DNA of 64,000 nucleotides, from assembly GCA_902604695.1 (NCBI GenBank), contig CACKZT010000003.1, positions 4,685 to 68,684 on the forward strand, read 5' to 3'. This DNA is from an uncultured Pelagibacteraceae bacterium (GTDB taxonomy: Bacteria; Pseudomonadota; Alphaproteobacteria; Pelagibacterales; Pelagibacteraceae). The number at the start of each line of letters is the position of its first letter. The stretch's first letter is position 1. Below the pieces are notes generated by a model. The model saw only the letters and a program-made list of their open reading frames with translations, was not told the origin of the DNA and did no database searches. Below are positions 30,742 through 40,200 of the stretch, one piece after another. The position numbers were made by a program, and so were the translations under genes.

Positions 30742-31632
30742 ATGGACTGGGATAAATTAAAAATCTTTCATACTGTGGCAGAAGCTTCGAGTTTTACAAA
30801 AGCTTCGACAATACTTAACCTCAGTCAGTCAGCAATTAGCAGACAAATTCAATCACTTGAAAATGAACTGAAAATTAAACTTTTTGAGAGGCACGCTAGA
30901 GGGCTAGTTTTAACTCAAAATGGAGAATATTTATTCAAAACAGCACATGAAGTAATATCAAAATTAAAGGACGTTGAAGCTAATTTAAGTGGTGAAAAAG
31001 ATAAATTAAATGGAAAATTAACAGTTACTACAGTAGTAAGTTTTGGAACAACTTGGTTAACTCCTCGTATCAAAGAGTTTATGGATTTACATCCTGAAAT
31101 AGAAGTAGAATTAATTTTTGATGATAAAGAATTAGATCTAAGCACTCGTCAGGCTGATGTTGGAATTTGGATGAGAAGACCAAAGCAATTGAATTATATA
31201 CAAAAAAAATTTGTTAATTTTAATTACCACATATATGGTTCAAATGATTATTTGGAAAAAAATGGATATCCAAAAAACATTAAAGATTTAAATAAACATT
31301 CGTTTATTACTTACGGTAGAGGCGCTCCTTCCCCTGTTTATAATCCTGATTGGGTATTAAAATTAGGGGCACAAGAAGGTAAGAAAAGAAAATCAGTTAT
31401 GAAAGTAAATAGCGTTTATGGTCTGTTGCTAGCCGTTCAAAGTGGAGTAGGCCTAGCTGCACTACCCGATTATATAGTTCATAACGTTCCTAACATAACC
31501 AAGGTATTACAAACAGAAACTGGAAAACCAACAGAAACACATTTTGTTTACCCTTCGTCACTACGAAATATTGCAAGAGTAAAAGCATTTAGAAATTTTA
31601 TTTTTAGTAAGGTTGGTGAATGGAAATTTTAA
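30742..31632 (+). CDS. LysR-type regulator (VtlR/LsrB-like)
   Basis: MDWDKLKIFH...LSQSAISRQI...LFERHARGL; ends WKF. Confidence 0.88.
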   Translation: MDWDKLKIFHTVAEASSFTKASTILNLSQSAISRQIQSLENELKIKLFERHARGLVLTQNGEYLFKTAHEVISKLKDVEANLSGEKDKLNGKLTVTTVVSFGTTWLTPRIKEFMDLHPEIEVELIFDDKELDLSTRQADVGIWMRRPKQLNYIQKKFVNFNYHIYGSNDYLEKNGYPKNIKDLNKHSFITYGRGAPSPVYNPDWVLKLGAQEGKKRKSVMKVNSVYGLLLAVQSGVGLAALPDYIVHNVPNITKVLQTETGKPTETHFVYPSSLRNIARVKAFRNFIFSKVGEWKF

Positions 31633-32735
31633 TATATATAATTCCTTTTTTAGTATTAATTACCCTTGTTGTTTTTATTCATGAATACGGACATTATTTT
31701 TTTGCAAGATATTATGGAGTAGGGGTTACTGATTTTTCTATCGGCTTTGGCAAAGAACTTTTTGGTTATAACGATAAACATGGAACTAGATGGAAATTTT
31801 GCGCAGTACCACTTGGTGGATATGTTAAATTTTTTGGAGATAGAAATGTTTTTAGTCAAGCAGAACAAGAAAAAATACTTAAAAAATATAACAAAGAAGA
31901 TCAAGAAAAACTTTTTGTAACTAAACCGTTATACCAAAGATCAATAATTGTAGCTGCCGGTCCTTTCGCTAATTTTATTTTAGCGATATTAATTTTTTCT
32001 TTGATATATATTTTTTCTGGGAAAGATTTTACTCCTGCTCAAATAAATGAAGTACAGGAAAATAGCCCTGCGTTTGTCTCTGGTTTAAAGAAAGATGATA
32101 TTATTCTTTCAATAAATAACAATAAAGTGAAAAGTATTCTAGATGTCTCCACATATATAAATACATCTACATCTGAACAAATTAATTTGAATATTTTAAG
32201 AAATAATAATGAAATTCTATTATCAGTCAAACCCAAAACAATCAAAAGTGAAGATGGTCTAGGCAATAAAATTAATAAAAAAATTATTGGGATAAAAATT
32301 GCTCCAGTTAACAATGAATTCAATAAAGAAAAGCTTGGACCATCAAAAGCTTTATTTTATGCTTTTAAAGAAACTTGGTTTGTAATTAAAACATCGTTTA
32401 GTTTTTTTATTAATTTATTTAAAGGAATGGGGGATACTACCCAGATAGGTGGTCCTATTAAAATTGCCAAAATTACCGGTCAAGTTGCACAGCATGGTCT
32501 CATCGCTTTTCTTAGCATTACTGCTTATATATCTATAAGTTTAGGTTTTATTAATCTCTTACCAATACCGATGTTAGATGGCGGTCATTTAATGTTTTAT
32601 GCGTTCGAAAAAGTTTTAGGCAAACCTCTAAAACAGAAAACACAAGAGAGTTTTTTTCGAATCGGTCTTTTTTTACTATTTTCACTAATGTTTTTCACGA
32701 CGGTTAATGATTTAAAAGATTTAGGCTTGTTTTAA
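31620..32735 (+). CDS. rseP: RIP metalloprotease RseP
   Basis: HEYGH, FSIGFG, AAGPFAN, PDZ domain, NLLPIPMLDGGH. Confidence 0.94.
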   Translation: MEILIYIIPFLVLITLVVFIHEYGHYFFARYYGVGVTDFSIGFGKELFGYNDKHGTRWKFCAVPLGGYVKFFGDRNVFSQAEQEKILKKYNKEDQEKLFVTKPLYQRSIIVAAGPFANFILAILIFSLIYIFSGKDFTPAQINEVQENSPAFVSGLKKDDIILSINNNKVKSILDVSTYINTSTSEQINLNILRNNNEILLSVKPKTIKSEDGLGNKINKKIIGIKIAPVNNEFNKEKLGPSKALFYAFKETWFVIKTSFSFFINLFKGMGDTTQIGGPIKIAKITGQVAQHGLIAFLSITAYISISLGFINLLPIPMLDGGHLMFYAFEKVLGKPLKQKTQESFFRIGLFLLFSLMFFTTVNDLKDLGLF

Positions 32736-32762
32736 GCCTCTTTTTAAATTCAAAAAAACCAA

Positions 32763-32837
32763 TAAAATCAACACTTTTTTAAGCACAATATATTGTGTTA
32801 ATTGTTGATAAAAACACTAATAAAAGTGTTGATTTTA
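32763..32837. repeat. 16-bp perfect inverted repeat enclosing a 14-bp palindrome upstream of HU
   Basis: taaaatcaacactttt (32763-78) / aaaagtgttgatttta (32822-37); cacaatatattgtg at 32784-97. Confidence 0.75.
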
Positions 32838-32883
32838 CTTAATTTTTGTAGAGATTAAAAAAAGTAACAAAAAGGGGCATTAA

Positions 32884-33159
32884 ATGAATAAAAAACAACT
32901 AGTAGCAAAAATATCGTCCACATTGGGTCAAAGTAAAGCTGATGCTGAACGAACTTTTGACTCAATAACAACGATCATTCTGAATGAATTAAAGAATGAT
33001 GAGACTGTAAAAATAGCTGGTTTTGGTACTTATAAAGTAGCAAAAAGAAAAGCTAGAGTTGGAAGAAACCCTAGAACAGGGGAGTCTATTCAAATAGCAG
33101 CTTCTCAAAAAGTTAAGTTTTTACCCGCTAAAAGCTTAAAGGAAATGTTTAATAAATAA
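32884..33159 (+). CDS. DNA-binding protein HU
   Basis: MNKKQL, GFGT, ARVGRNPRTGE..I. Confidence 0.95.
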   Translation: MNKKQLVAKISSTLGQSKADAERTFDSITTIILNELKNDETVKIAGFGTYKVAKRKARVGRNPRTGESIQIAASQKVKFLPAKSLKEMFNK

Positions 33160-33170
33160 ACATAATTTAG

Positions 33171-33198
33171 CAGCTCTTATTTTGAAAGATAAGAGCTG
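33171..33198 (+). terminator. Stem-loop after HU (weak U-tract)
   Basis: cagctcttatt-ttgaaa-gataagagctg. Confidence 0.6.
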
Positions 33199-33297
33199 TC
33201 AAAACATAGCTTGCAAAAACTGCATAACTCAAATCCTCACTTATCAATTCTTTAGTATTTAAAAATAGATTATCCAATAATTAACAAAGGAGTTAAA

Positions 33298-34590
33298 ATG
33301 AAAAAATACTTAGGATATTTCTTCGCAGGTACTGCTGTTTATTTTGCATTTGCTGGTTTAGGTTATGCAGAAACAACTGTCACTGCTGAAGTTCAATATA
33401 TATTTAATACAATACTATTTTTAATGTCAGGTTTTCTAGTCATGTGGATGGCAGCAGGTTTTGCTATGCTCGAGTCTGGACTAGTGACATCAAAAAGTGT
33501 TTCGGCGATCTGTGCAAAAAATATAGGCTTATATTCAATAGCTGGAATTATGTTTTGGTTAGTTGGATACAATTTGGCTTATGGTATACCAGAAGGTGGA
33601 TGGATAGGCTCATTTTCAACATGGAGTGACTCATCTTCTTTAGAAACTGGCTATTCAGATGGATCTGATTGGTTTTTTCAAATGGTTTTCTGCGCAACAA
33701 CAATGTCAATCGTTTCTGGAACTTTAGCTGAAAGAATTAAAATTTGGCCATTCTTCTTATTCGCAGCTATTCTAACTGGATTTATTTATCCAATTGAAAT
33801 GGGATGGCAATGGGGTGGCGGTTGGTTATCAGCTGCAGGTTTCTCTGATTTTGCAGGGTCAACATTAGTACATGCTGCTGGAGGAGCTGCTGCTCTTGCT
33901 GGAGCGATAGTGCTTGGTGCTAGATCTGGAAGATTTACTTCTGGAGGTGGCGTAAAAGCTATGGCACCTTTTGCAGCCTCTTCAATTCCATTAGCAACAT
34001 TAGGAGTATTTATACTTTGGTTGGGTTGGTTTGGATTTAACGGTGGATCACAATTAGCTGCTGGAACTCTTGAAGATGTCAGTTCAGTTGCGACGATCTA
34101 TATTAACACGAACCTAGCCGCTGCTGGCGGAGTTATGGCAGCCGCTACAGTCTCAAGACTCTCTGCTGGTAAAACAGATGTTGTTATGATGCTTAACGGT
34201 GCAATTGCTGGATTAGTTGGTATAACAGCTGAACCTTTAACACCAAGTCCAATAGCTGCAATTATTATCGGAGCAGTGGCTGGTATATTAATGTATTACT
34301 CAACAAAATTATTATATAAATTAAAAATTGATGATGTTGTTGGAGCTATTCCTGCACACTTAGTTGCTGGAGTATGGGGTACATTAGCAGTCCCATTTAC
34401 AAACTCAGATGTAAACTTTGGCTCACAGTTTCTTGGAACAATCTCAGTAGTAATTTTTGTTTTCATAGTATCATACATAGTGTGGTCAATCATGAAAGCA
34501 ACTATTGGAATTAGAATCAGTAAAGAAGCTGAAAGACTTGGAACTGATAAATCTGAAGTAGGAGTTATAGCTTACGGAATAAGAGATTAA
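33298..34590 (+). CDS. amtB: Ammonium transporter
   Basis: FFQMVF, DFAGSTLVH, GWFGFNGGS, IDDVVGAIPAH (twin His intact). Confidence 0.95.
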   Translation: MKKYLGYFFAGTAVYFAFAGLGYAETTVTAEVQYIFNTILFLMSGFLVMWMAAGFAMLESGLVTSKSVSAICAKNIGLYSIAGIMFWLVGYNLAYGIPEGGWIGSFSTWSDSSSLETGYSDGSDWFFQMVFCATTMSIVSGTLAERIKIWPFFLFAAILTGFIYPIEMGWQWGGGWLSAAGFSDFAGSTLVHAAGGAAALAGAIVLGARSGRFTSGGGVKAMAPFAASSIPLATLGVFILWLGWFGFNGGSQLAAGTLEDVSSVATIYINTNLAAAGGVMAAATVSRLSAGKTDVVMMLNGAIAGLVGITAEPLTPSPIAAIIIGAVAGILMYYSTKLLYKLKIDDVVGAIPAHLVAGVWGTLAVPFTNSDVNFGSQFLGTISVVIFVFIVSYIVWSIMKATIGIRISKEAERLGTDKSEVGVIAYGIRD

Positions 34591-34624
34591 TTACCTCAAC
34601 CCCTCGTTGACGTTAATTAACAGT

Positions 34625-34648
34625 AAGGCCCGAGAAATCGGGCCTTTA
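34625..34648. terminator. Terminator hairpin between convergent amtB and GT genes
   Basis: aaggcccga-gaaa-tcgggcctt. Confidence 0.8.
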
Positions 34649-35674
34649 CAATTTGTTCTCTTCCCAGATTTTTTCCCAATCTTTATTTGGTGAAAGACCA
34701 AAGGCCGAATTAATATTAGTACAGTGTATGGCTAATGAAGGAATAGGAGAAATACACATCTCTTCACTATAAATTTCATGTAAAGGAGCTTCAAAAGGAT
34801 AATGTTCTTTTTTACACATGCTAGTTAATTTACTCCAATATTTTTCAACTGTTTTTTTACTCATTAAAAAAGTACATAATGTTTCGTCAATTTTACGCCA
34901 GTGATAATTCTCGCCTAAAAACAATTGGGTATTTTCTGCTTTCATATACAAGTAAGGGTAGTCTGAAGGACAAATAATTATTTCATTTTTTAAAAGTGAG
35001 GCCATTCTTTCATAGGTAAATATCATTTCTGAAATACTATCGATTTCGTGAATGTAATCATCTTCAACAAAATAAATTAAATCCTCCGAACTTTTAGATA
35101 ATTCTAAAGACTTAAAAATATTGCACATATTGGAAATTTGGTTTTGAGTACTTTTTTGATTTTTTGCGTTAATAATGTCAATTCTTTCCTTATAATCTTC
35201 AGTTTTAAGATTAAATATTTTATATTCTAAATTTGTTTTTTGTATAAGCTCATCAATTCTATTTAAATTTTCTTTTCTAGAATTATGATCTACAACTAAG
35301 ACTTTAAATGAAATATTTTCGTGTTTTTTTTTAAAATTTAAAATACTTTTTAAAATTGAATTAATGGAGCGTAATGTATATTCAATCTTATCTTCCTTGA
35401 AAATTCTATCTTTATTTTGAGTTAACATTTTAACGCTGGCACACGTTCTGATTATTACATCCATAGATTTTACGGCTCTAGTAATTTTTACTTCACCCAA
35501 AGGTAGATTAATTGATCTCTCACCAATTTTACTTAAAGTGCTATTAGCTGATTTTTTTGATGTTGGGATGTAAAAAGTACCTTGATCGATAATTTCGTAG
35601 CCTAATAATCTACATATTTTAATAAATATTTTCTTGAAAAAATTAGAATTTGTACTATTTTTAATTTTTTTCAT
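34646..35674 (-). CDS. GT-A fold glycosyltransferase-like protein
   Basis: VLVVDHNS and LIYFVEDDYIH (DxD-like) motifs; PIPSLAIH. Confidence 0.6.
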   Translation of the reverse strand: MKKIKNSTNSNFFKKIFIKICRLLGYEIIDQGTFYIPTSKKSANSTLSKIGERSINLPLGEVKITRAVKSMDVIIRTCASVKMLTQNKDRIFKEDKIEYTLRSINSILKSILNFKKKHENISFKVLVVDHNSRKENLNRIDELIQKTNLEYKIFNLKTEDYKERIDIINAKNQKSTQNQISNMCNIFKSLELSKSSEDLIYFVEDDYIHEIDSISEMIFTYERMASLLKNEIIICPSDYPYLYMKAENTQLFLGENYHWRKIDETLCTFLMSKKTVEKYWSKLTSMCKKEHYPFEAPLHEIYSEEMCISPIPSLAIHCTNINSAFGLSPNKDWEKIWEENKL

Positions 35675-35694
35675 AATAGTTTATAAATATTAAC

Positions 35695-36093
35695 ATGAAT
35701 ATAAAATCATCCCAAGTTCTAGTTAACGAAGCTAACAAGCAGATTAAAACTCTTAAAGCAGATGAAGTAAAAGAATTATCAAAAAAAGGAGAGATTACAT
35801 TGATTGATATTAGAGATATACGTGAATTATGGAAAGAAGGATCTATTAAAGATGCAATTCATATACCAAGAGGAATGTTAGAATTTTGGTTAGACCCAGA
35901 AAGCTCATATTTTAAAGAGCGCAAAATTGGAGAGGTAAAAAATATGGTTTTATTCTGTGCTTTAGGCATGCGCTCTGCTTTAGCAACAAAATCTTTAAAA
36001 GATATGGGTTTTAAAAATGTAGCTCATGTAGACGGCGGTTTTGATGCATTAAAAAAAAATGGTTTTGAGCTGATAGATAAAGAAAAAAAATAA
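35695..36093 (+). CDS. Single-domain rhodanese
   Basis: IDIRD.RE, PRGMLEFW.DP, LFCALGMRSALA, GGF. Confidence 0.9.
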   Translation: MNIKSSQVLVNEANKQIKTLKADEVKELSKKGEITLIDIRDIRELWKEGSIKDAIHIPRGMLEFWLDPESSYFKERKIGEVKNMVLFCALGMRSALATKSLKDMGFKNVAHVDGGFDALKKNGFELIDKEKK

Positions 36094-36094
36094 A

Positions 36095-36682
36095 TTACTT
36101 TGAAGCTTCTGCTATAGCAAATTCCAATCTATCTTGGCCCCAAAAAATTTTACTATTTATCAAGAACGTTGGAGCTCCAAATATACCTTTTTCATATGCC
36201 TCATCAGTTTTTTTTATCAGTAAATTCTTTACACTTTGACTTGAGGCTCTCAAAAAAAAAGTTTTAGGATTAATTTGAATGTTTTTTAAAACTTTATCGA
36301 TAATATTTTGATCATTCATATTTAATCCATCCTGCCAAATAGAGTCAAAAACTTTATCTATATAAAATTTTTGAAAATCATCTTCTTGTGCAATTATTGT
36401 ACCACGCATTAAATTTAGAGATTTTATCGGAAAATAAGAATTAAATTTAAATTTAATTTTTCTTTTTTCTGCTATCATTTTACAATCCCTGATCATAAAT
36501 TTTGCCTTAGCTGGAATAAATGCTGGAGCAACAATATTATTAAGGTTGTGTAAACCACCTAGAAGAACAGGCATGTATTTAATTTTAATTGACTCTTTTT
36601 TTTCAAGTTTTTTAATTTCTTTATGGGCTATATAAGAATAAGGACTTACAAAATCAAAATAAAACTCGAAGGATTTAATCAT
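36095..36682 (-). CDS. 2-hydroxychromene-2-carboxylate isomerase / kappa-GST family protein
   Basis: FYFDFVSPYSY, GIFGAPTF, FWGQDRL. Confidence 0.88.
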   Translation of the reverse strand: MIKSFEFYFDFVSPYSYIAHKEIKKLEKKESIKIKYMPVLLGGLHNLNNIVAPAFIPAKAKFMIRDCKMIAEKRKIKFKFNSYFPIKSLNLMRGTIIAQEDDFQKFYIDKVFDSIWQDGLNMNDQNIIDKVLKNIQINPKTFFLRASSQSVKNLLIKKTDEAYEKGIFGAPTFLINSKIFWGQDRLEFAIAEASK

Positions 36683-37145
36683 TAAAACTTATCTTTTTTG
36701 AGAAAAAAATTCTTATGAACCAATAAAATACCAGACCTACGGGACCGGAAAAATAAGTTAAAATAAGTGAAAGGATAGTAAATACCTTTGGTATCAAATA
36801 TCTTTGTGAGTCTCTAGAGATCCAACTTCCTAAAAATAAACTTAAAGCAAGAAAATGAAGCCAAAAGATCAATAAAAAACTTTCATCTGAATATACTGAA
36901 TAAAGACTCTCTAGACCGAAATATAATTCAAATCCTTCAAAAAAGTCTCCTGTGATATAAATCTGGTAAGCTATAAAAATATATGCAAAAGCTAATAACA
37001 ATGGTACTACAATTGAGTGTACTAGAGCTTTCGTAAATATGCTATTAGGTGCTACTATTAATAAAAGCCAAAATGGAATTACACCCCAATTTGCTAAAAG
37101 GTAAATATTTTCATAAGTAAGAAAAGTAACCAAGTTATTTATCAT
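36675..37145 (-). CDS. ABA4-like (DUF4281) membrane protein
   Basis: PFWLLLIVAP, WLHFLALSLFLG.W, GPVGL. Confidence 0.8.
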   Translation of the reverse strand: MINNLVTFLTYENIYLLANWGVIPFWLLLIVAPNSIFTKALVHSIVVPLLLAFAYIFIAYQIYITGDFFEGFELYFGLESLYSVYSDESFLLIFWLHFLALSLFLGSWISRDSQRYLIPKVFTILSLILTYFSGPVGLVFYWFIRIFFSKKISFND

Positions 37146-37171
37146 TAAAAATAATATAGTATATTAGCGAA

Positions 37172-37732
37172 ATGAATCCCACACTAAATAAGAAAGATTT
37201 TGAAGACCTTACCACAAATTTAAAGGACTTGGCTTATAGTTATATTGAGAAATATAGTCCGTCAAAACAGCAACTAAAGGCGTATCTTTTAAAAAAATAT
37301 TTATTTAAAATTAAAGGGAAGCAGTCCAAAAAAGAAGTAACATTAATCATAGATCAAATCATCGAAAATCTTGAAGAGAATAGAGTCGTTAATGATGAGC
37401 TATATTCTGATTCAAAAGCAAGAATGTTTTTAAGAAGAGGGTATTCTTTAAATAAAATCCAGCAATCACTTATGATCAAAGGTATAGATAAAGAATTTAT
37501 AAGGAATAGTATAAATAAAATTAAAGAAGATAAGATCGAACCTGATTTTGTTTCCGCTCTAAAGTTATGCAAAAGAAGAAGAATAGGTCCTATTCGACCT
37601 GAAGATAATAGGAAAATTTTTTACAAAAAAGATATGGGTATTTTAGCCAGAAATGGATTTAGTTTTGAACTATCAAGGAAAGTTTTAGATTTAGATTTAG
37701 AAGAATTTAACAAATTAATTAGAATTATTTGA
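37172..37732 (+). CDS. recX: RecX family regulator
   Basis: ND..Y......RRGYS...I...L..KGI; RRRIGP; LARNGFS. Confidence 0.75.
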   Translation: MNPTLNKKDFEDLTTNLKDLAYSYIEKYSPSKQQLKAYLLKKYLFKIKGKQSKKEVTLIIDQIIENLEENRVVNDELYSDSKARMFLRRGYSLNKIQQSLMIKGIDKEFIRNSINKIKEDKIEPDFVSALKLCKRRRIGPIRPEDNRKIFYKKDMGILARNGFSFELSRKVLDLDLEEFNKLIRII

Positions 37733-37855
37733 TTTATCCTTATTTTCTTTAATTATTTCATCTAATCTTTTCCTTAAAGCATTTCTTACTAGTATAAAAA
37801 ATAATACACCAAATAAAGTTACAGAAATAATAATAATTAAAATAGTTTTAATCAT
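37715..37855 (-). CDS. Small single-TM protein (46 aa, not in ORF track)
   Basis: MIKTILIIIISVTLFGVLFFILVRNALRKRLDEIIKENKDKSNNSN; ATG overlaps the cysQ stop and fills the gap. Confidence 0.55.
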   Translation of the reverse strand: MIKTILIIIISVTLFGVLFFILVRNALRKRLDEIIKENKDKSNNSN

Positions 37856-38627
37856 TTAAATTTTTAGATCTCATAATTAATAAGCTAGGATTTTTATAAT
37901 CCTCTTTTCCATAGTTAAATTGTTCACCTTCAAGAGTCTTAATAATAGCTCCTGCATGTTCTGCTATAGCATGACCTGCAGCATAATCCCACTCATTAGC
38001 TCTATTTAAAGCCGCATAAATATCGTATTCCCCATTTGCTATTACACAAAATTTATACGAGCTTGACATTTTTACCATTGAGGTAACCTTATGTTTTTTA
38101 AGTTTATTTATAATTTCTTGAGGAGGATTCTTAGAGCTTGTTAAAGCAATTATTTCTCCTTTGGGTGACTTTTTTTCACAACTTATTTTTAATTTTTTAT
38201 TATTCTCTAGCAAATAACTCTCACCAGGACCGAAAGAATAAAATAACCTATTCATTTTAGGAGCACCAACTAATCCTAGCGCTGGAATTTTATTTATAAT
38301 TAGCGCTGCATTTAAAGTGTATTCCTTTTTACCCACTATATATTCTTTTGTTCCATCTATCGGATCAATAAGCCAAAATATTTTTGATTTATTTTTAACT
38401 TTAAGATCTACTGTTTCCTCTGAAATAATTGGTATCTCAGGTGTGAGTTCTTTTATTTTATTAGTAATTATTTCATCTACCATTAAGTCACCATTACTTA
38501 CTGGAGACCTATCATTCTTTATCTTAATTTTAAGACCTTTTTCGTAAAGCTTTATTGACTCTTTACCAGCTTGAATAAAAGTTTCTATTAACCCTTCAGA
38601 TAAAAATTTTAAATCATTTGTGTTCAT
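37848..38627 (-). CDS. cysQ: 3'(2'),5'-bisphosphate nucleotidase CysQ family
   Basis: SPVSNGD, IISEE, WLIDPIDGTKEY, SSSYKFC, EWDYAAGHAI. Confidence 0.85.
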   Translation of the reverse strand: MNTNDLKFLSEGLIETFIQAGKESIKLYEKGLKIKIKNDRSPVSNGDLMVDEIITNKIKELTPEIPIISEETVDLKVKNKSKIFWLIDPIDGTKEYIVGKKEYTLNAALIINKIPALGLVGAPKMNRLFYSFGPGESYLLENNKKLKISCEKKSPKGEIIALTSSKNPPQEIINKLKKHKVTSMVKMSSSYKFCVIANGEYDIYAALNRANEWDYAAGHAIAEHAGAIIKTLEGEQFNYGKEDYKNPSLLIMRSKNLND

Positions 38628-38805
38628 TTTTAACTTTATTTAGAGTTACTACTTCAGAATTTAAAACTTGTTTACCAATATTTTGAAAATTTACTGTTAC
38701 TTTATTTTTAATTATTGACTGAACTTGTCCTATTCCCCAGTCTTTTTTAGCTGGATTGATGACAAAATCGCCTGGTTCAAAATCAAATGTATTATGGAAA
38801 ATCAT
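38614..38805 (-). CDS. DUF3553 family protein
   Basis: EPGDFV.NP...DWGIGQVQS....VTVNF.N.GK. Confidence 0.8.
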   Translation of the reverse strand: MIFHNTFDFEPGDFVINPAKKDWGIGQVQSIIKNKVTVNFQNIGKQVLNSEVVTLNKVKNEHK

Positions 38806-38829
38806 AATTTTTTGTACTATATACAGTAA

Positions 38830-39960
38830 ATGATTAATTCACTAGGTATCAAAAAGTCACCTAAAGACACAAAGGTAGTAGTAGCTATGTCCGGTGGAGT
38901 CGACTCATCTGTAGCAGCAGGGATTATGAAAAATGAAGGTTATAACGTTACAGGAATAACCTTAAAACTTTATGATGAGCCAAATCAATCCAAAAATGGA
39001 AGACAATGTTGTGCCGGAAGAGATATTATGGACGCCAAACGAGTTTCAGAACTATTAAATATAAAGCATGAAGTTTTATTTTATCAAAAAAAATTTAGAA
39101 AAGAGGTTATAGATTCATTTATTGACAGTTATGTTGGAGGTGAAACGCCTATCCCCTGCGTTCAATGTAATCAAACAGTTAAATTTAGAGACTTATTTAA
39201 ATATGCAAAAGATCTAAATGCAGATGCATTAATTACCGGTCATTATGTATCCAGAATAGAGAACAAAAATAAGGCTGACATGTATAGGGCTAAAGATTCA
39301 AATAGAGATCAAAGTTATTTTTTATTTAGCACATCTCAAGAACAACTTGATTTTTTAAGATTTCCCTTAGGAAATATTCAAAAAGATGAGACAAGAAAGA
39401 TAGCTTCTAAATTAAACTTAAATGTAGCAGATAAAGCAGATAGCCAAGACATATGTTTTGTGCCCAATGGTGATTACAGCGCCGTAATTAAAAAGTTCAA
39501 ACCCGAGTCTTTTAAACCTGGTGATATCGTGGATTTATCAGGAAAAAAAATGGGTACTCATGAGGGAATAATTAATTATACCATCGGTCAAAGAAGAGGT
39601 ATTAAGATTTCAAGTCAAGATCCTCTTTATGTAGTTAGTATTAATGCTGATAAAAATACTATTATAGTTGGACCAAAGGAGACATTGATCATAGATAGTA
39701 TAACTTTAAGAGATATAAATATTTTAGGATCTGATGAAGAGTTTAGAAAGACAATATTAATTAAAGTTAGATCTACAGGAAAATTATTAAAAGCTAATAT
39801 AAAAATTAATGGAAAAGGTGCAAAAGTAAAAATTCTTGATAAGGAAACTGGTATTTCACCAGGACAAGCATGTGTTTTTTACTCTAAAGATAATTTTGGG
39901 GATAAAGTTTTAGGTGGAGGCTGGATACACAAAGCTGACAATAAGTTTTTATCCACTTAA
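38830..39960 (+). CDS. mnmA: tRNA 2-thiouridine(34) synthase
   Basis: [51 protein letters not shown]. Confidence 0.97.
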   Translation: MINSLGIKKSPKDTKVVVAMSGGVDSSVAAGIMKNEGYNVTGITLKLYDEPNQSKNGRQCCAGRDIMDAKRVSELLNIKHEVLFYQKKFRKEVIDSFIDSYVGGETPIPCVQCNQTVKFRDLFKYAKDLNADALITGHYVSRIENKNKADMYRAKDSNRDQSYFLFSTSQEQLDFLRFPLGNIQKDETRKIASKLNLNVADKADSQDICFVPNGDYSAVIKKFKPESFKPGDIVDLSGKKMGTHEGIINYTIGQRRGIKISSQDPLYVVSINADKNTIIVGPKETLIIDSITLRDINILGSDEEFRKTILIKVRSTGKLLKANIKINGKGAKVKILDKETGISPGQACVFYSKDNFGDKVLGGGWIHKADNKFLST

Positions 39961-40029
39961 CTCACAGGCAGTATTAACACTCGTAAAAAGTGATACCAAT
40001 TAAATTTTATTATGATTTAATGTAATTAA

Positions 40030-40200
40030 TTAAGAGGCAACTCTTAACTGGCCATTTGGGGAAAAACCGAGAGGTTCAAGCCTAAAGGGCAGAAAGGTTC
40101 ACTGAGTAGCGCTAAAATGGTGAATCGGGAAGGCTTGGCGGTAGCGCCTACAACGACGAGCCAAAACTACTAAATTTCTGGGCGAAAGCTCAGAAGTTTA
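40030..40200 (+). ncRNA. Candidate independent structured small RNA (family not identified)
   Basis: GC-rich island in an AT-rich intergenic region; three GNRA-capped hairpins (GCAA, GAGA, GAAA), further helices and a 3' terminator-like stem. Confidence 0.75.
40172..40200. terminator. Terminator hairpin closing the candidate sRNA and the convergent gene
   Basis: aaatttctgggc-gaaa-gctcagaagttt. Confidence 0.75.

Noticed and set aside
33298-34590. amtB without an adjacent glnK as a novelty
   Set aside because: Reduced PII-type regulation is already known for streamlined SAR11-type genomes
39949-39957. DnaA-box-like TTATCCACT as a sign of oriC
   Set aside because: Single mismatched box inside the mnmA 3' end; no box cluster or origin-linked genes
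40117-40173. 18-aa ORF MVNREGLAVAPTTTSQNY inside the candidate sRNA
   Set aside because: No SD, no tmRNA-like AA-ending tag, and it lies within predicted helices; RNA structure explains the region better
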